A DNA stretch of 64,000 nucleotides from assembly GCF_009914755.1 (NCBI RefSeq), contig NC_060927.1. The stretch is one strand, 5' to 3'. Positions 1 through 15,435 of this stretch are shown here, piece by piece. The stretch comes from the human T2T-CHM13v2.0 reference genome, Homo sapiens. Numbering within the stretch: position 1 is the first letter of the stretch; every line of letters begins with the position of its first letter. The position numbers and the translations under genes are program-made. The notes under the pieces are model-generated. The model was not told the DNA's origin and searched no databases. It was given only the letters and a program-made list of their open reading frames with translations.

Positions 1-98
1 GAGCTGTGGTAGACTCTGGACCCGCTCAGGTATATGAGACAATACATATCTTTTGCTTAACCTAGCTGGAGTTTCTGTCACCTGCAAAAAAAAGTCCC
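1..98 (+). mobile_element. 3' end of an old MaLR (MLT1-like) LTR
   Basis: gagacaatacat...cttaacctag..ggagtttctgtcacctgcaa resembles MLT1 3' termini. Confidence 0.45.
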
Positions 99-119
99 AC
101 CTACTTACTTCAGGAAGGT

Positions 120-260
120 ATATGGCCTTTGGAGTCAGACAGATCTATGTGTGGATGTGGGCTGCATCAATCATCAGCTGCCTGACATTGAGCAAGTTAC
201 TTATTTGGCTCTGAGTTTACGTAACTGCAAAGTGCAGATGATATCAGAATCTACTTCCAT
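120..260 (+). mobile_element. MIR SINE (interrupted by the Alu; continues at about 590-640)
   Basis: ggagtcagac...gctgcctgacattgagcaagttactt MIR core. Confidence 0.65.
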
Positions 261-266
261 GGAGAA

Positions 267-294
267 GTATGTATGTATGTATGTATGTATGTAT
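267..294 (+). repeat. (GTAT)7 microsatellite in Alu tail
   Basis: Directly visible between the TSD and the Alu body. Confidence 0.95.
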
Positions 295-580
<286 letters not shown>

Positions 581-1830
581 GAGAAGTTTATAATTAAATG
601 AGATAGCACATGTACAATACCACATTAATAGATTCTAAAGGTTAGACTTTTCCTCTCTTCTTTTCTTCAAAGTCAACAATTTTTTTTTTATAATGAGGTA
701 CCCGAAACTCCATTTCACTCCCAGCTCTGTTAATGGCATGAAACTACTTCTGCCCTAAGAAATATCAGAACATATAAACTTATGGGCTTGGTATGCCTCA
801 TCTTACACAACTTTCATTCTTATAGACAACTTCAAGGCATCACACTCTTAACTAGGTAAAAATCTAACCCTTTAACTGAGAACATTCTGCTCTGGTTGAA
901 TTGGCTTATTATTTTTATTTAAAGACCGAAACCCAATTTGAAAAGTGATCCTTGTTTTTATGTATTATTAAAAAACACATTTTAAAACAAATATCCAGTC
1001 TGCAGTTTTACTGTGCCATTATTCCACTCCCAAAATACCATTTGAGCCTTGGAGACAGAGACCATCCCCTGGATTTCTGCCTCACTGACTAATGCAGCCC
1101 TGGAATTTCAAGAAGGATGGGTGAGTGTCAGGAAATAAATCTGGATAATAAATCTGGAGTTTTTAGCCAGTCATGATTGGACCTGGAGAGAGGGAGAGAC
1201 ATACTTCACTGGCAGTAGGAATGGAGTGGAGGGCTGCTCCCCAAACAACACAGAGACTATAACCCCTCCATCAGCAGAGCCTGCTGCCCAAGACTCAGAC
1301 ACTGGCCACAGATTGTTCTGTCTTATTCTCTGACAATTTCTGTTTAAAAGCAAGGGTGGGCAAAAGTGACCTGAGGGTCTCAACACCCTGAGAACATCAT
1401 GACTTGGCTTCCTTGGCTTTGTTTCAGAATTTCTGATCTCTGCAGCCTGTCTCTGTGACCCAACACCTGCTCCACGTTGGGTCAGAATCCACCACACAAA
1501 GCATGCATTCTGCTCACTCTCCCAGGTGGCGGCTCTGAGGGACGGAGTGGAGCAGGTGGGGCTATGAAAGCAGGATCTTTTATGCCACCTGTATCCATGT
1601 GGCCAGGAGAGCATCTCTTTGACTCTGCTGGAAAATACCTGGCACAAGTGGCAGACAGCAGCCTCATGAAAATGTCCCTTTATGCTTGAATGTCTGCCCC
1701 ATGTCCCAAGCTGCCCAAAGGCATCATGATTTGCATAGAGAATCATGTCAGAGAAGGAATCAAAGGTTGTTTCTCATGCAATGTCAGTGTCTGACTGGCC
1801 ATTAGGCTAAAAAAACCCAGATCTTTATTA

Positions 1831-2136
<306 letters not shown>

Positions 2137-2332
2137 TATATATATTTTTATCCTCACCAAAACACCCGTACCTGGTTAAAATGTGAATTGGTACTATAAG
2201 TCATAAGAAAGCAGGCCGCCCTCCCACTCCCATTTCCACTTCCTTGAGGGCAATCACCTTCAATGCTTTTAGTCATTTCTTCTGATATTTCTTCCATTAT
2301 TCCTAAACAATAGTCTTACACAACTAATATTC

Positions 2333-2634
2333 TTTTTTTTTTCTTTTTTTGAGATGGGGTCTCACTTTGTTACCTAGGCTGAAGTGCAGTGGCAGATCTT
2401 GGCTCACTGCAACCTCTACCTCCCATGCTCAAGCGATCCTCCCACCCAGAGCCTCCCAAGTAGCTGGGACCACAGGCACATGCCACCATGCCTGGCTAAT
2501 TTTTCATATTTTTGGTAAAGATGGGGTTTCACCATGTTGCCCAGGCTGGTCTCAATTTCCTGGGCTCAAGCAATCCACCCACCTTGACCTCCCAAAGTTG
2601 CTGGGATTACAGGTGTGAGCCACTGCACCTGGCC
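2333..2634 (-). mobile_element. AluJ
   Basis: Poly-T followed by reverse Alu with J-type 'ctcaagcgatcctcccacc' and 'gggctcaagcaatcc'. Confidence 0.93.
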
Positions 2635-2667
2635 TACTTTATTCTTTTTAATTTTATGCATTATCTC

Positions 2668-3060
2668 TGCTATGGTTTGAGTGTTTTTGTCCCCTCTAAA
2701 GTTCATGTTGAAACTTAATCATCAATGCTACAGCATTAGAAGGTGTGGCTCAGGTGTGGCTCACGAGGGCAGAGCCTTCATGAAGGGGTTAAGTGCCCTT
2801 AGAAAAGGGCTTGACGGAGGTAGTTTGCCCCTTTTTGCCCTTCGGCCTTCCACCATGAGATGACATAGCATTCATCCCCTTTGGAGGATGCAGCAACAAG
2901 GTGCTCTCTTGGAAACAGAAAGACTGGCCCTCACCAAGTGGTGCATTGATCTTAGACTTCTCAGCTTCTAGGGCTGTAAGAAATGAATTCCTATTGTTTA
3001 TAAATTACTCGGTCTGTGGTATTTTGTTATAGCAGCACAAACTTTAAATGGACTAAGACA
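2668..3060 (+). mobile_element. MaLR solo LTR (MST family)
   Basis: Starts tgctatggtttga, ends gactaagaca (TG...CA); perfect 5-bp TSD ATCTC (2663-2667 / 3061-3065). Confidence 0.9.
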
Positions 3061-3479
3061 ATCTCTTAAGTTCTCTGTATGGAATGTAAACTTTAAGCTC
3101 TCAAATCTGCCCCCACATAAATCCATCCCTTACCCCCACAAAATGACATTACACATCGACATGACAAAAATTGTGGTCTTCACTACATTCTAACTTTGCT
3201 CACTGCCATGCCACATAGTATATTACAATAAATATCTTGAACTTTTTATTTTTCCTGGAGTTAATAACTGCTTTACTTTGATATCCTTAGTTTTTTAAGG
3301 ACTCCAACTTCTTAAGAGAACCATACATTCTTCTCAGTAATGGTCAAATGCATCAGATAACTCATCAGTTGCTGTTATTTTTTTCTCCTTTAGAGATAAC
3401 CCTCCCGGAACATTTTGTCATCCTCCTCTAATCTAAACTGGATGTTTTCTGGGCTTGATGCATAGTGGTCCTGGGACAT

Positions 3480-4450
3480 TCCCTCACCATCCTCTTGGAA
3501 ATTTCTCATTCTATGCCACCGTTTTGATAGAATACCATTCCAATAGTTTTCTAAGAATGAATGCATGGAAAGTTAAAATTTTTAGATCTGGCATTTCCAA
3601 AAGTATCCACATTCTACCTTTATACTCAATTGACATTTTGTCTGGAGATGGAATTTTAAGTGGAAACCTTTTTTTTTCTTCAGAACTCTGAAGATACTGC
3701 TTCGTGGCATTTGAAGGCAATTCTGGCATCCAGTGTTGCTGTTTGAGAGGCATAATGCCACACGGACTCCCTGATCCATCATCTGTGAACTATTATGTGT
3801 GTGGGGTTGTGTGTGTGTTTTCCTTTCAAACTTTTAGAATCTTCTTTTCATTCTGATATTCTAGAATTTCATGATGACCTGACTTGGTGTGGGTCTTTGT
3901 TCACTGTCCGTCAGACCGTTGGTAGATATTTTCATTACTGGCAATGCATGTCTTTCAGTTTTGAGGAATGTTTGTGTTTTGAGAATTCTCTCTCTACTGT
4001 TTTCCTCAATGTTCTCTTCATGGAACTCCCATGAACTGGACATGAGCCCTATTAGACTGACCTACATTTCTTTTCACACTTTTTCTACCTCAGTCTTTTT
4101 ATTCTCTCTGGGAGATTTCTTTGACTTTATTTTCCAACTAGTATATTGAATTTATTATTTTGGCTATCATTAACTTCAAAAAACCCTTTTTCAGTTTCTC
4201 AAAATTGTTTTGAATTGTCTTCTCTTCTTGCTTAATAGACATAACATCTTATCTCTGAGGTGAGAGAAACTTCTTTGAAGTTCTGTTTCCTGCAGTCTTC
4301 TGTTTCTACTTGGTTCCTTGTTCGGTTCTTTATGTCTGTTCCATAACAGAGGATTCCCTTGGACATCTGATGATCCTTTACTGATTTTTCCTGTATGTAA
4401 GTGAGGAAATACAAAGTTCCAGGTGCACAGATGGGACCTGTCAATGTGTC
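3480..4450 (-). mobile_element. Highly decayed L1M fragment (boundaries approximate)
   Basis: T-rich sequence with motifs typical of antisense old L1 (ggaattttaagtggaaac, ctggaactcc...ctggac). Confidence 0.5.
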
Positions 4451-5139
4451 AGACCTCATGGTAGAGGGATTGAAATTAAAACATCAACATCAATATCTGC
4501 AGATCTTCTCCCTTGAGATAATCAGTTTCCATAAAAAGGCATCTTCCTAGTTGCTGCTTTGGTGGTGTGGGGTGGAGGGTGGGTACAGCAACGAAGTCTG
4601 TCTACCAGCATTTAGTACACTGAGTGAGGGAAGACCATCGCAGGGTGGGAAGGTAAGTTGGTTATTTTCCACATGCTGACTTTCACTCGGCCCCTCTCCC
4701 TTTTGAGTACAACGCTTTGCCCTGCCTGCAGCTGTACCTCATGTCTAGGACGTGACAGCTGGTCAGCTTTGGCCTCTCCACGGAGGAGCTTTCAGTCTCC
4801 TTGGGTGTACAGGAGGAGAGGGGTCTGGGGCATGGACTACAGCGGGGAACCGGGGCCTCACTGCTCCTTATCAGATCTTTCATCTTCCAGTTTTCAGCTT
4901 CACTTCGCAACCCAGGCTCTGGAAGTATGTCATCTTCCAATTGCTTCATCATTGCCTACTCTCCTAACCACAGGCATAGCGCGTCAGAAGACTGAAACCC
5001 AACTCAGCCAACCATCTATTCACATGCCATCATCCACGAGTTTGTTGACATCTCTCATTTGCTGTTGTCTCTCCTCATTCTTTCTGTCCTCATAGGTTTA
5101 TAAGTTTTCATTTTCTTTCTTTAAAAACTCATTTTAAGG

Positions 5140-6206
<1,067 letters not shown>

Positions 6207-7372
6207 TCAATGAGCCAATATATAAAAATCTATTTCAGAACTCTCTGTTCTGTTTCAATTAGCTATATGTTTATCCCTTTGCCAAATGTTACACTGCCTT
6301 ATAATAAATAAATCAGACCAAAGCCACTCTCTGTTTTGAAAATTTCCAATGAGTTCTCATTGTGCTATGAATAAGACCTGGCCTGCCTATTTCTCTCCAC
6401 CCTCATTCCCCCTTCTCTGCCTCGTGACCACACAGGCTCCAGGCCGCCCAGAAGTGGCTCGCAGCCTCGAGGCCCACAGCACATGCAGTCAGGGCTGTGT
6501 AAGAGGTGTGTGCTGAGGACCATGGGAGCACGGAGGAGGGTGAGGGCTCCACAGAGGTGTTGCTGTGAGTTGAGCAAGAAGGGAGGACCACCTCTTAATA
6601 TAGCATCTGCCCCAGGGGAGCAGCAGTAGGGGTGACTTACAGGGCTGGGGCTGGCGCCCAAGGGTTTGTAGGGAAAGGGTGAACCCAGTTTGCACTAGAA
6701 GCGAGATAGCTCCCAACAGCCCTGCCCGCCTTAGGAGGGGTCCTCGGAGACCCCAGGTTGTGAGCCGAGGCAGATTCCAGGTCGTGCCAGCACATAAACA
6801 GCTCTTGCTGAACCAGAGTAGCTCTCCTCAGCCACTTCCGCCTGATCTATTGGCTCTTGCCAACTTAGTTCCACAGGGCACAGCCCTCTCACAAGCTATT
6901 GCTCAGGAATTTTAGGGCAATGGCCCAGGGGTTGCAGAAAAGAAAAGAAACACATACCAACAACCCTCCAATCAGGACCCATTGTGAGCAAACCTTGCCT
7001 GCGGTTGTTCTCTGGGTATTTGTTGGTGGCCTGTTTGGGGGCTGGGGAGCACCAAAGGGGTCAGAGTCCTGGTTCAAAACACACATTTAAAGCAGAATTA
7101 GACTTCCCAGTCCATGCCACTGAAATCTCTTTTCTAAAGAAGCATCTGGAAAAATGGAGGGAAAAGCTGCCCAGTTACGTAGTAAAAAACAAAACTCAAA
7201 CTTTCCTTTCCTCCTCCCGCCAGTGTCCCTTTCAAGTCTGTGATCCTCGGGGAGGAAGAATTGGCGGGGGCTGGGGCCCAGCTGAGCCACTGTTAGACAA
7301 AAGCAGTGGGTTGAGAAGCCTGCAGGTAGGGCTTGGTCTCAGTACAGACAACTGCTCAGACCACCCAGCTCA

Positions 7373-7759
<387 letters not shown>

Positions 7760-9659
7760 CTAAGGCCTTTGCTGCACTAAGCACGTTAGCCATAGTGACC
7801 TCCAGGTCTGAGGAGTGGGGAAGAAGTAAGGATGGGTGGGTGTCAGTCCCATGGGGGTGTCAGGAAGTGACAGGAAGTACTTGCTAAGGATGAATGATGC
7901 CTGTGGGTGTCTTCAGGGGAGTGGGCTGCTGAGAGAGGCCTGGTGGCCCTTGAGAAGATGACTTTATTTTGTGTTGTTAAAAGGGCCAGCTTCGGGTTAG
8001 GAATTGGAAGGGTCTGTAAACTTGTTACACTCTAGAGAGTCCTCTTCAGCCTAAGGGAGCCTGGACTCCTACCATCACCACTTGGCTTCTGAAGGAGCCC
8101 CTAGGCTCTGGGAATGCTGACCGAACTCCTGGCCTCTCAGCAGCAGCTTCTCACAGTGACCACTCGGCTGACACTGCTGTCCAGGAGGGCTGTTGCCCTA
8201 GAAGCTGAGGGGAACCAGGACAACCTGCAGCCCAAAAGAAGCAGGCATGCCTGGAGAGCCCTTTGCCCCCAGCTGCAGGACGCAAGCATGAGAGCAGTGC
8301 TTATTCCAAAGCCGTTTTCTGTCTTAAGAGCTTTACAACTGGGTCCAGGGTCAGGGTCCCCTTTCCAAGCTTGGTGTTTTTCCCTTCCTTTTGCTGGTCA
8401 GGGGGAAATGAAAAAAGCAATGTTTCCCTGGCCCTCAGCTGTTTCTTCTGCCCCTGGGAAGGACTGCCACCAAATGCAGGTGAGGACAGAGTCAGAATTC
8501 TCAGCACTGACTGCTCAGCTATGTCACCTGAAGGGAAGACCCATTCAGTAAGGACAGCCCTGACCTGAATGACCCACCCAGCCCCTCTCTAAGGCAAAGA
8601 CCCCTAACACCATGCAGGGCTCAGGCCACTGCTGCTCCTGGCCCTTGGCCACAGTGGGCCTAGTTCTCTAAATACACCTAGAGATTAGGTACTGGGGACC
8701 CAGATCCACCTCTAAGTAGGTAGTATTTGTTTGTAAGGCTGAAAAATAATATTCTAAAGCCAGGGCTAAATGCTGATACAATCAATTTTCACTTACCTCC
8801 TTGTCGCAAAAGGGGATAATCATAGTTCTATTTCTATTTGTCTATGGGATGTGTCACACATCAGATTTTTCCTCCTAATTGTGTCCTTTCGAAACATCTT
8901 CACCATACACTGTCTGGTGAACAGGATAGGGGCCTTAGAAATATGCACTGCTGGCAGAGCCAAGCGAGGAGCAATTCCAAAAGGCCACGCAAGTGCACTC
9001 TCCCCCTCTCTGCCTGCTTCTCCAGGACCACTTGCTCTGCCTCTAGAGAGCCTCCCGTTACTCTGGCTGCCTCTGATCTTGCCCTGCTTCCTCCTTGCAG
9101 CATCTACACTATTATCTACAGTGGTCACATTTTAAAAACGAGTGCATGTTGATCTGATCACAGTTCAGACTACTTAAAATCAGGCCTGTCCCAGACAATC
9201 TGAGACAACTAATCACCATGACATCACCTTCCACATTTCTCTCTGCCCTACACGAAGCACAGGACCATATTTTCCATTAAAAAAATCAGGATACATTATC
9301 TGATGAGAGATTTACGAGCAGCCTCCAGGTGCAAGAAGGAGTTGGTGCTATAAAAGTTTCAACATCAAAATACTGGAACTCCAAGCATATTTGGATAACT
9401 TTACTGGAAAAATGAGAATATTTTAAACCAGAATGGCTCATGACAATCTGAGGTGACAGCCCTTATGCCAGTAACACGGGTTATGTTTCTATTCATTCCA
9501 GGTATATTTGGCACAACTTACTGCAAGACTGTGACTTACTCATGAGAGGGAAACAGGCATTACACCTATTCTGAACTTGTCTCCACACTCAGCATGGCCA
9601 CTTCCTTTTGGCAGCACTGAGTAGCTAGCTGACTGATGTCTCTCCTCTCCAATCTTTAT

Positions 9660-9925
9660 ATCCCAGCCTGGGTGTCACTTCAGAGACACCTTTGTTGATT
9701 TCCCAAACTAAGTCATGCTGTTATGCTCTCACTGCACCCTGGGTTTTCCTTCAGTGGGCCTCATCATGGCTTATAATTCATCTGTGTGCACAGTCACTCC
9801 TGCCTGTCTAATCGCACTAGACTGTAACTGTCTGTGGAAAGAGCTACAAAGCTTTGGCTCACTGGTGAATTACCAATTCCCAGCACAATGACTGGCACAT
9901 AGTAGGTGATCAATAAGTATTTTTA
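9660..9925 (+). mobile_element. L2 3' end
   Basis: cccagcacaatgactggcacatagtaggtgatcaataagtattt L2 terminus. Confidence 0.7.
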
Positions 9926-10131
9926 AATTAATGTCATGGTCTCTCTGGTAGGTCCCAGGACTTCCTCTTTTGTTTTTGTTGAACATTTTTATTCCGTTGA
10001 ATTTATTATTATTTATTATGAATTTATTACTTGAATGGACTGCAAGGCTGCTCACGAGTACTAAAGCTGGCATTAATCCTGGGAGTATACATATTGGCTG
10101 ATAGAATCAATGTTCTAAAAGAACAAAGTCA

Positions 10132-10440
10132 GGCCGGGTGCAGTGGCTCATGCCTGTAATCCCAGCACTTTTGGAGGCCGAAGCAGGTGGATCACCTGAG
10201 GTCAGGAGTTCGAGACGAGGCTGACCAACATGGTGAAACCCTGTCTCTACTAAAAATACAAAAAAAAAAAAAAAAAATTAGCTGGGCGTGGTGGCGGGCA
10301 CCTGTAATCCCAGATACTTGGGAGGCTGATGCAGGAGAATCACTTGAACCTCAGAGGCAGAGGTTGCAGTGAGCTGAGATCATGCCATTATATTCCAGCC
10401 TGGGCAATAAGAGCAAAATGCTTTCTCAAAATAAAATAAA
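10132..10440 (+). mobile_element. AluS
   Basis: Full dimer with expanded middle A run. Confidence 0.95.
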
Positions 10441-10599
10441 ACAAAGGTCCGAATCAAGATATATTAGGAGAGAATAAGTCTTGTGAAGGTTCTAAATCAT
10501 CAACTAGACAAAATTAGTGTGGAAGGGCAGCTAACATTGAAAGGAGCCGAGCATGAGTCTTTTAAACATTATTTAACCTTAAGCCATATTAACAGAGCA

Positions 10600-11130
10600 T
10601 GGTGTCCACACAGGGAGTGGGCAGTCCCATTCCACATGGGCATCACTGACAGACTGCGTCCAGGTACAAGTGCCACGTGTTAATAGGATATTGAGGAAGC
10701 GGCTCAAGGTGTGTGAGGGGGTGATGCCCAGTGCCCGGCTGGCACCTGGTAGGTGCTCAACAGATGTTTATTGAAGGAACATAAAGTATAGTTGATGGAA
10801 GTTGGTCTATTTAGCCTGGAGTAAAACACACCAAAAGGAGGGCATATCTGTCTTCAAATGTATGATGAGCTCTTGTATAAAAGTCTACATGCTATGTAGT
10901 GCCAGAGGACAGACCAAGGATAAATCGGTCCATAATTCTCCAGAGGCAGATTTAGGTTCATATAAGTAAGACCAGCAATGCCTCAACAACCAAATGGACC
11001 AACTGTGACACGGTAGATCCCCGTCCCCAGAATGTTCATAAGAAGACTGGAGAACCATCTGGCTGGGATGTTGTCAAAAGAAGCCTTCCTACCCTCTAAG
11101 ATGCCTTACAACCCCAATCCTAGTTTTCCA
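10600..11130 (+). mobile_element. L3/CR1 LINE relic
   Basis: tttagcctggag...tctgtcttcaaatgtatga...gaggcagatttaggttcatataag CR1/L3 3' motifs. Confidence 0.55.
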
Positions 11131-11732
11131 AGAATTTCACAGAACTGAATGTATAAAGGTGAGAGAGACTATGAAAGAAATATTCCATTTCATACTGTAA
11201 ATAACCTTTGTGCTACAAATACAGAGCTTGGAATGATCTACTCCTTGAAGGTTTTAATGAACTCATCTATAAAACTATGTGGATCCAGAACTTTCTCAGG
11301 ATATATTTCTTCAACTGTTTCAGTTTCTTCCACTGAACTTTTCAGGTTTTCAACTTTTTTTAAGTTAATTTTCTTAGAAAAGCATCTACTTCTTTCAAGA
11401 TCTTCAAATCGGAGTTTACCCTGAAAATCTCATTTTTATCAACTACAGATCAGTGGTTAGAGTCCCATTTCCAAATGTTAGGTATATTTTCTGTCCTTCT
11501 TTGAATGGCCTAGTAGGGTTTGCCTATGTCTTATTTCTAAGACCAGTCCTTAAGTTTATTCCTAAATATTGTTTTTCTCTTTGTAATACAATCATTTCTC
11601 CTTTTATATAAATGTTTTGCTTCTGCTTTCCTTCGGCTTGTTCTAGTCTTTGATTTTGCGAGTTGAATGATTGGCTCACTAATTTTTAGTAATTTTTGTT
11701 CAATGATAAAAGCATTAAAGGCTATGCATATA

Positions 11733-12082
11733 CAGATGCTCCTTAATTTATGATGGGTTACATCCCAATAAGCTCATCCTAAGTTGAAAATTTTCTAAAT
11801 TGAAAATGCATTTAACATAGTGACTCCATCAAACATCATAGCTTAGCCTAGCCTCCCTTAAACATGCTCAGAACACTTACATTAGCTTACAGTTGGCAAA
11901 TTCATCTAACACAAGGCCTATTATATAATACAACATTGAATATCTCATGTAATTTATTGAGCACTGAAAGTGAAAAACAATAGTTGTGGGGGTACTTGAA
12001 GTGTGGTTTCTAATGAGTGGGTATCATTTTTGCATAAAGTTGAAAATGTAAAGCTGAACTATCATAATTTGGGAACCGTCTA
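11733..12082 (+). mobile_element. MER47A-like TcMar-Tigger DNA transposon
   Basis: TA|cagatgctcct...tgatgggttacatcccaataag start; internal catcatagcttagcctagcct; end gggaaccgtct. Confidence 0.8.
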
Positions 12083-12179
12083 CACCTCTGATATTGGCTT
12101 TAGCCAGTTATAACCTACTCAAAAGTTAAAACTGTTTCCATATCTAGTAGCTATTACGATTAGGAAAGGTATGCACATG

Positions 12180-13510
12180 CACTTCACCTAGGAACAAATT
12201 TAAGAAATGTGAAGATCCTATATAATTAAAGTTTCAAAACTTTCTAAACAACATACGAGAAGTCTTGGATATATAAAGAGAAATACTTTGTCCTTGTATT
12301 AAAAGTAACCAGTAGGATTATATGATTAGATATGGAATGTTAAAAAGCAACAATTATTAAAACCATTTTGGTTCACATATTGACTAATGAAATAGTCCAG
12401 AAAAATGCTAAAACAAACTCTATACATAAGACTTTAGTATACAGTAAAGGTGGCCTCAAACTAATGGGAAAAGAATAGATTATTCAGTAAGTGTGGATAA
12501 CTTGAAAAAAATCCTATTCAAGATCCCTTCCTCACATTACACACAGAAACATCCATTTTGATTAAAATGTTAAAAGTAAAAAAAGGTAGAAGAAATGTGG
12601 ATATAATCTTAGAGATTCCAGGCATGACACTAATAGTGGAAAGCATAAAGATATGTGAACACTAAAATTTAAAATTTCTGTACAAAAGTAAACTTAGGAT
12701 AAAAATTAAAAGGTAAACAAATTAAAAATATTTCAAATATATGTGTAAAAAAGGTGAACTTTTTAAGATATAAAAAGTTTGCATGACTAAATAAAAAGAA
12801 CACAGAAGGAAAAAAGTAAAGGACATGAACAAGAAGTTTCTGAAGTAGCCAAACATATAAAAATGTTTAAAATTAATCAAACAAACGTAAAATAAAATGT
12901 GATATGTTTCATTTAAAAAACGTGTTAATAGGTAAAGTGATAACTAGTGCTTATGAGTGTGAGAAAATTAAATTCTTAAACATTGCTGAAGGAAGGGTAG
13001 TAATTTAAACTTCATTTTTCTTTCCTATAAAATTGGCATAGTAATGTTGACCTTATAAGGCTATTTTTAACAATTTGGAAATAGCTATCCAAAGACTTAA
13101 AAAGATTCAATAATTCTATTTCTAATATCTCTTAGGAATTATCAAAGATGTCCATGAAGATGTTTATGTTTATTTAAAAGATTAAATATTAGAAATCAAC
13201 ATATCAAAAACATAGTCTATTTGAAATAATAAGACCAAAATACTATACAACTATTAAGATTTATCTTGAAGAATTTTAAAGAATATGAGAAAGCATTAAC
13301 TAAAAAGGCAGCATATAAAACCAGTTACTTAATATCCATAATGTAACTTTTAACGATTTACTTTCTCCTTGTTACAATAGAAAAAAAAGAAATAAAAAGG
13401 AAATCTACTAATGTGTAAATAGCTGTCATCACTGGATGGTGGGATTGTTTTCTATACTTTCTGTATGTCAAAACTTTTAAAGTAAGGAACACGTTTTACT
13501 TTCATGAACA
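12180..13510 (+). mobile_element. Decayed L1M (ORF2 end/3'UTR)
   Basis: Very A-rich; tgggaaaagaatagattattcagtaa and gatcccttcctcaca motifs of L1 ORF2. Confidence 0.6.
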
Positions 13511-15132
13511 GTAAAAAAATTTAAAAATTTTACTTACTGAAATTCAAATTATGCAAATTTAGTAGGAGCACATTTTTAGAAAGTAAATAAAACAAGAGAC
13601 TGGCAGTGACTAAATGTCCCTTTGAAATGAAAGAATAAGGGAGTGGCATGCCATATTTGTCTTCAAGAAAATTCAGCTGAAATCGACATGGTTGGTGAGT
13701 AGTTGGGATAAAACCAAATGGGCTTCAGCTGTAGCAAAGCTAGCAGCCTTCCGATAGAAAAGCCTCTGTAGCAGAGGAGGGTGAGGCTTCTGAATGGACA
13801 TATGGGAGGGCTGTGCTTTGAACAGTATCCTCATTCTCTAGCTGGTGCCCAGCAGGACAGCTGGGAGGACTTCAAAGGACAACACAGCCCATCCATCACA
13901 CATCCAGTAGGCAGCCCACACCCCTGCCACGAAAACGTTGCACTGGTTAACTCATCCTGCAAGAACTCAAGTCAGTGGCTAATTTCAAGACCTGGAAGAA
14001 ATACTGACTGGTGGCCTGGCAAACTCCTGGCTTAACTGGTTTTGATCTTTGAGATGGAGCCCCAAGCTGGGCAGAGCCACTGCCTGTCTCCAGCTGAGGC
14101 TGCCAGAGCCCTTGGCAGGGTCCTGGGGCTGAGCTCAGTCCACTGAGTGAGACAGCTCTGGGGCATGGAAAAGCAAGGAGAGGCTGGGCGCCAACCTTCT
14201 CCCCAGCTGTTTTCAATAAGGCTCCACTTCTGAGGTTGCTGGCAGACCTCTGGAAAGATCTGAACCAACCTCACATAATGTTTTCCATCAAACCCACAAT
14301 TAAGTAATATTCTCTTAACTCATAAACTGCATACAAAACCTTTTTCCTGTCACTTCTCAGCTCTCCTCCTAAGCAACCTACAAGCAGGTCAGGCAGAGGT
14401 TACAATACTTTTGCAGGGTCAGTGGAGACTGCATCACAGTCCTCCGGAGGCAGTTACTCCTCCCCCTGCTGTACAAGCATGGACGGGGTTGGGCGTTCAT
14501 TCTCGGGAAGTACAGGCTACATTATGCAAATCATTTCAGTTAATCCTCCCAATACCGCTGTAAGGTCAGTGTTACCATACTAATTTTATAGGTAAGAAAA
14601 AAAAATCTCAAAGAAGATAAGTAATTTACACAAGGTCCCCAGATTCAGGCTTGTTCCTCCATAGCTCACTACTTTTCAGGGGAGTCAAACAGAATCACGG
14701 GCAAGAAAGTTCCAAGTATCAAAAAGTTATGGCAAGGCTTCCTAGTCTTTTGGCAAGATATTTCACCAGTGTCCCCTTAGGAGTATTCTTCAAGAGCACT
14801 GTTAAACACCACACCCTTATTTTGTAATTGAATAAATTAATGACTCCTAGAAAGGCCTAGAATGAAACCGGCCTTCTTCATGAGGTCTTCTGAATGCTTC
14901 TTTCCTATATTTTTTGTTGCACATTTTATTGTATTAATATACCGACCATAGAGCATAGGGTCTTGTTCACTACTAGTGTTTGTTTATGCGCTGGATAAAG
15001 GCTCGTTGAGCACCCTTCACCGTTACTGTGCTAGACACTGGGGATGCAAAGAAGGTTAAGGATCTAGTCTCCTCCCACAATGAGTGCCTACTCTAATAGG
15101 GAAGATGGAAAAGACAGATTCAACATGGTAAA

Positions 15133-15435
15133 TTTTTTTTTTTTTAATTTTAGAGATGGGGTTTTGCTCTGTCACCCAGGTTGGAGTGTAATCATAGCTC
15201 ACTGCAGCCTTGAACTCCCGGGCTCAAGTGATCCTCCCACCTTAGCCTCTCAGTAGCTGGGACTACAGTTGCATACCACCATGCCCAGCTAATTTTTTTT
15301 ATTTCTATTTTTTGTAGAGACTGGGTCTTGCTTTGCTGCCCAGGCTGGTGGTCTCGAACTGCTGGCTTCAAGCAATCCTCCCCCAACAGCCTCCTGAAGT
15401 GCTGGGATTATAGGCATGGGGTACCTCACCTGGCT
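15133..15435 (-). mobile_element. AluJ
   Basis: Poly-T then reverse Alu with 'atcatagctcactgcagccttgaactccc' J diagnostics. Confidence 0.93.

Noticed and set aside
1519-1533. CTCF-like motif CTCCCAGGTGGCGGC (another near 14460)
   Set aside because: Mismatches in the 5' core; cannot be supported without ChIP data.
1171-1746. 191-aa minus-strand ORF (longest in the track)
   Set aside because: No recognisable domain, no MYLK similarity and no convincing exon context; consistent with a chance ORF.
13051-13060. Perfect CArG box CCTTATAAGG (another, CCATTATAGG, at 41094-41103)
   Set aside because: Both are isolated within AT-rich transposon relics, where chance occurrence is expected.
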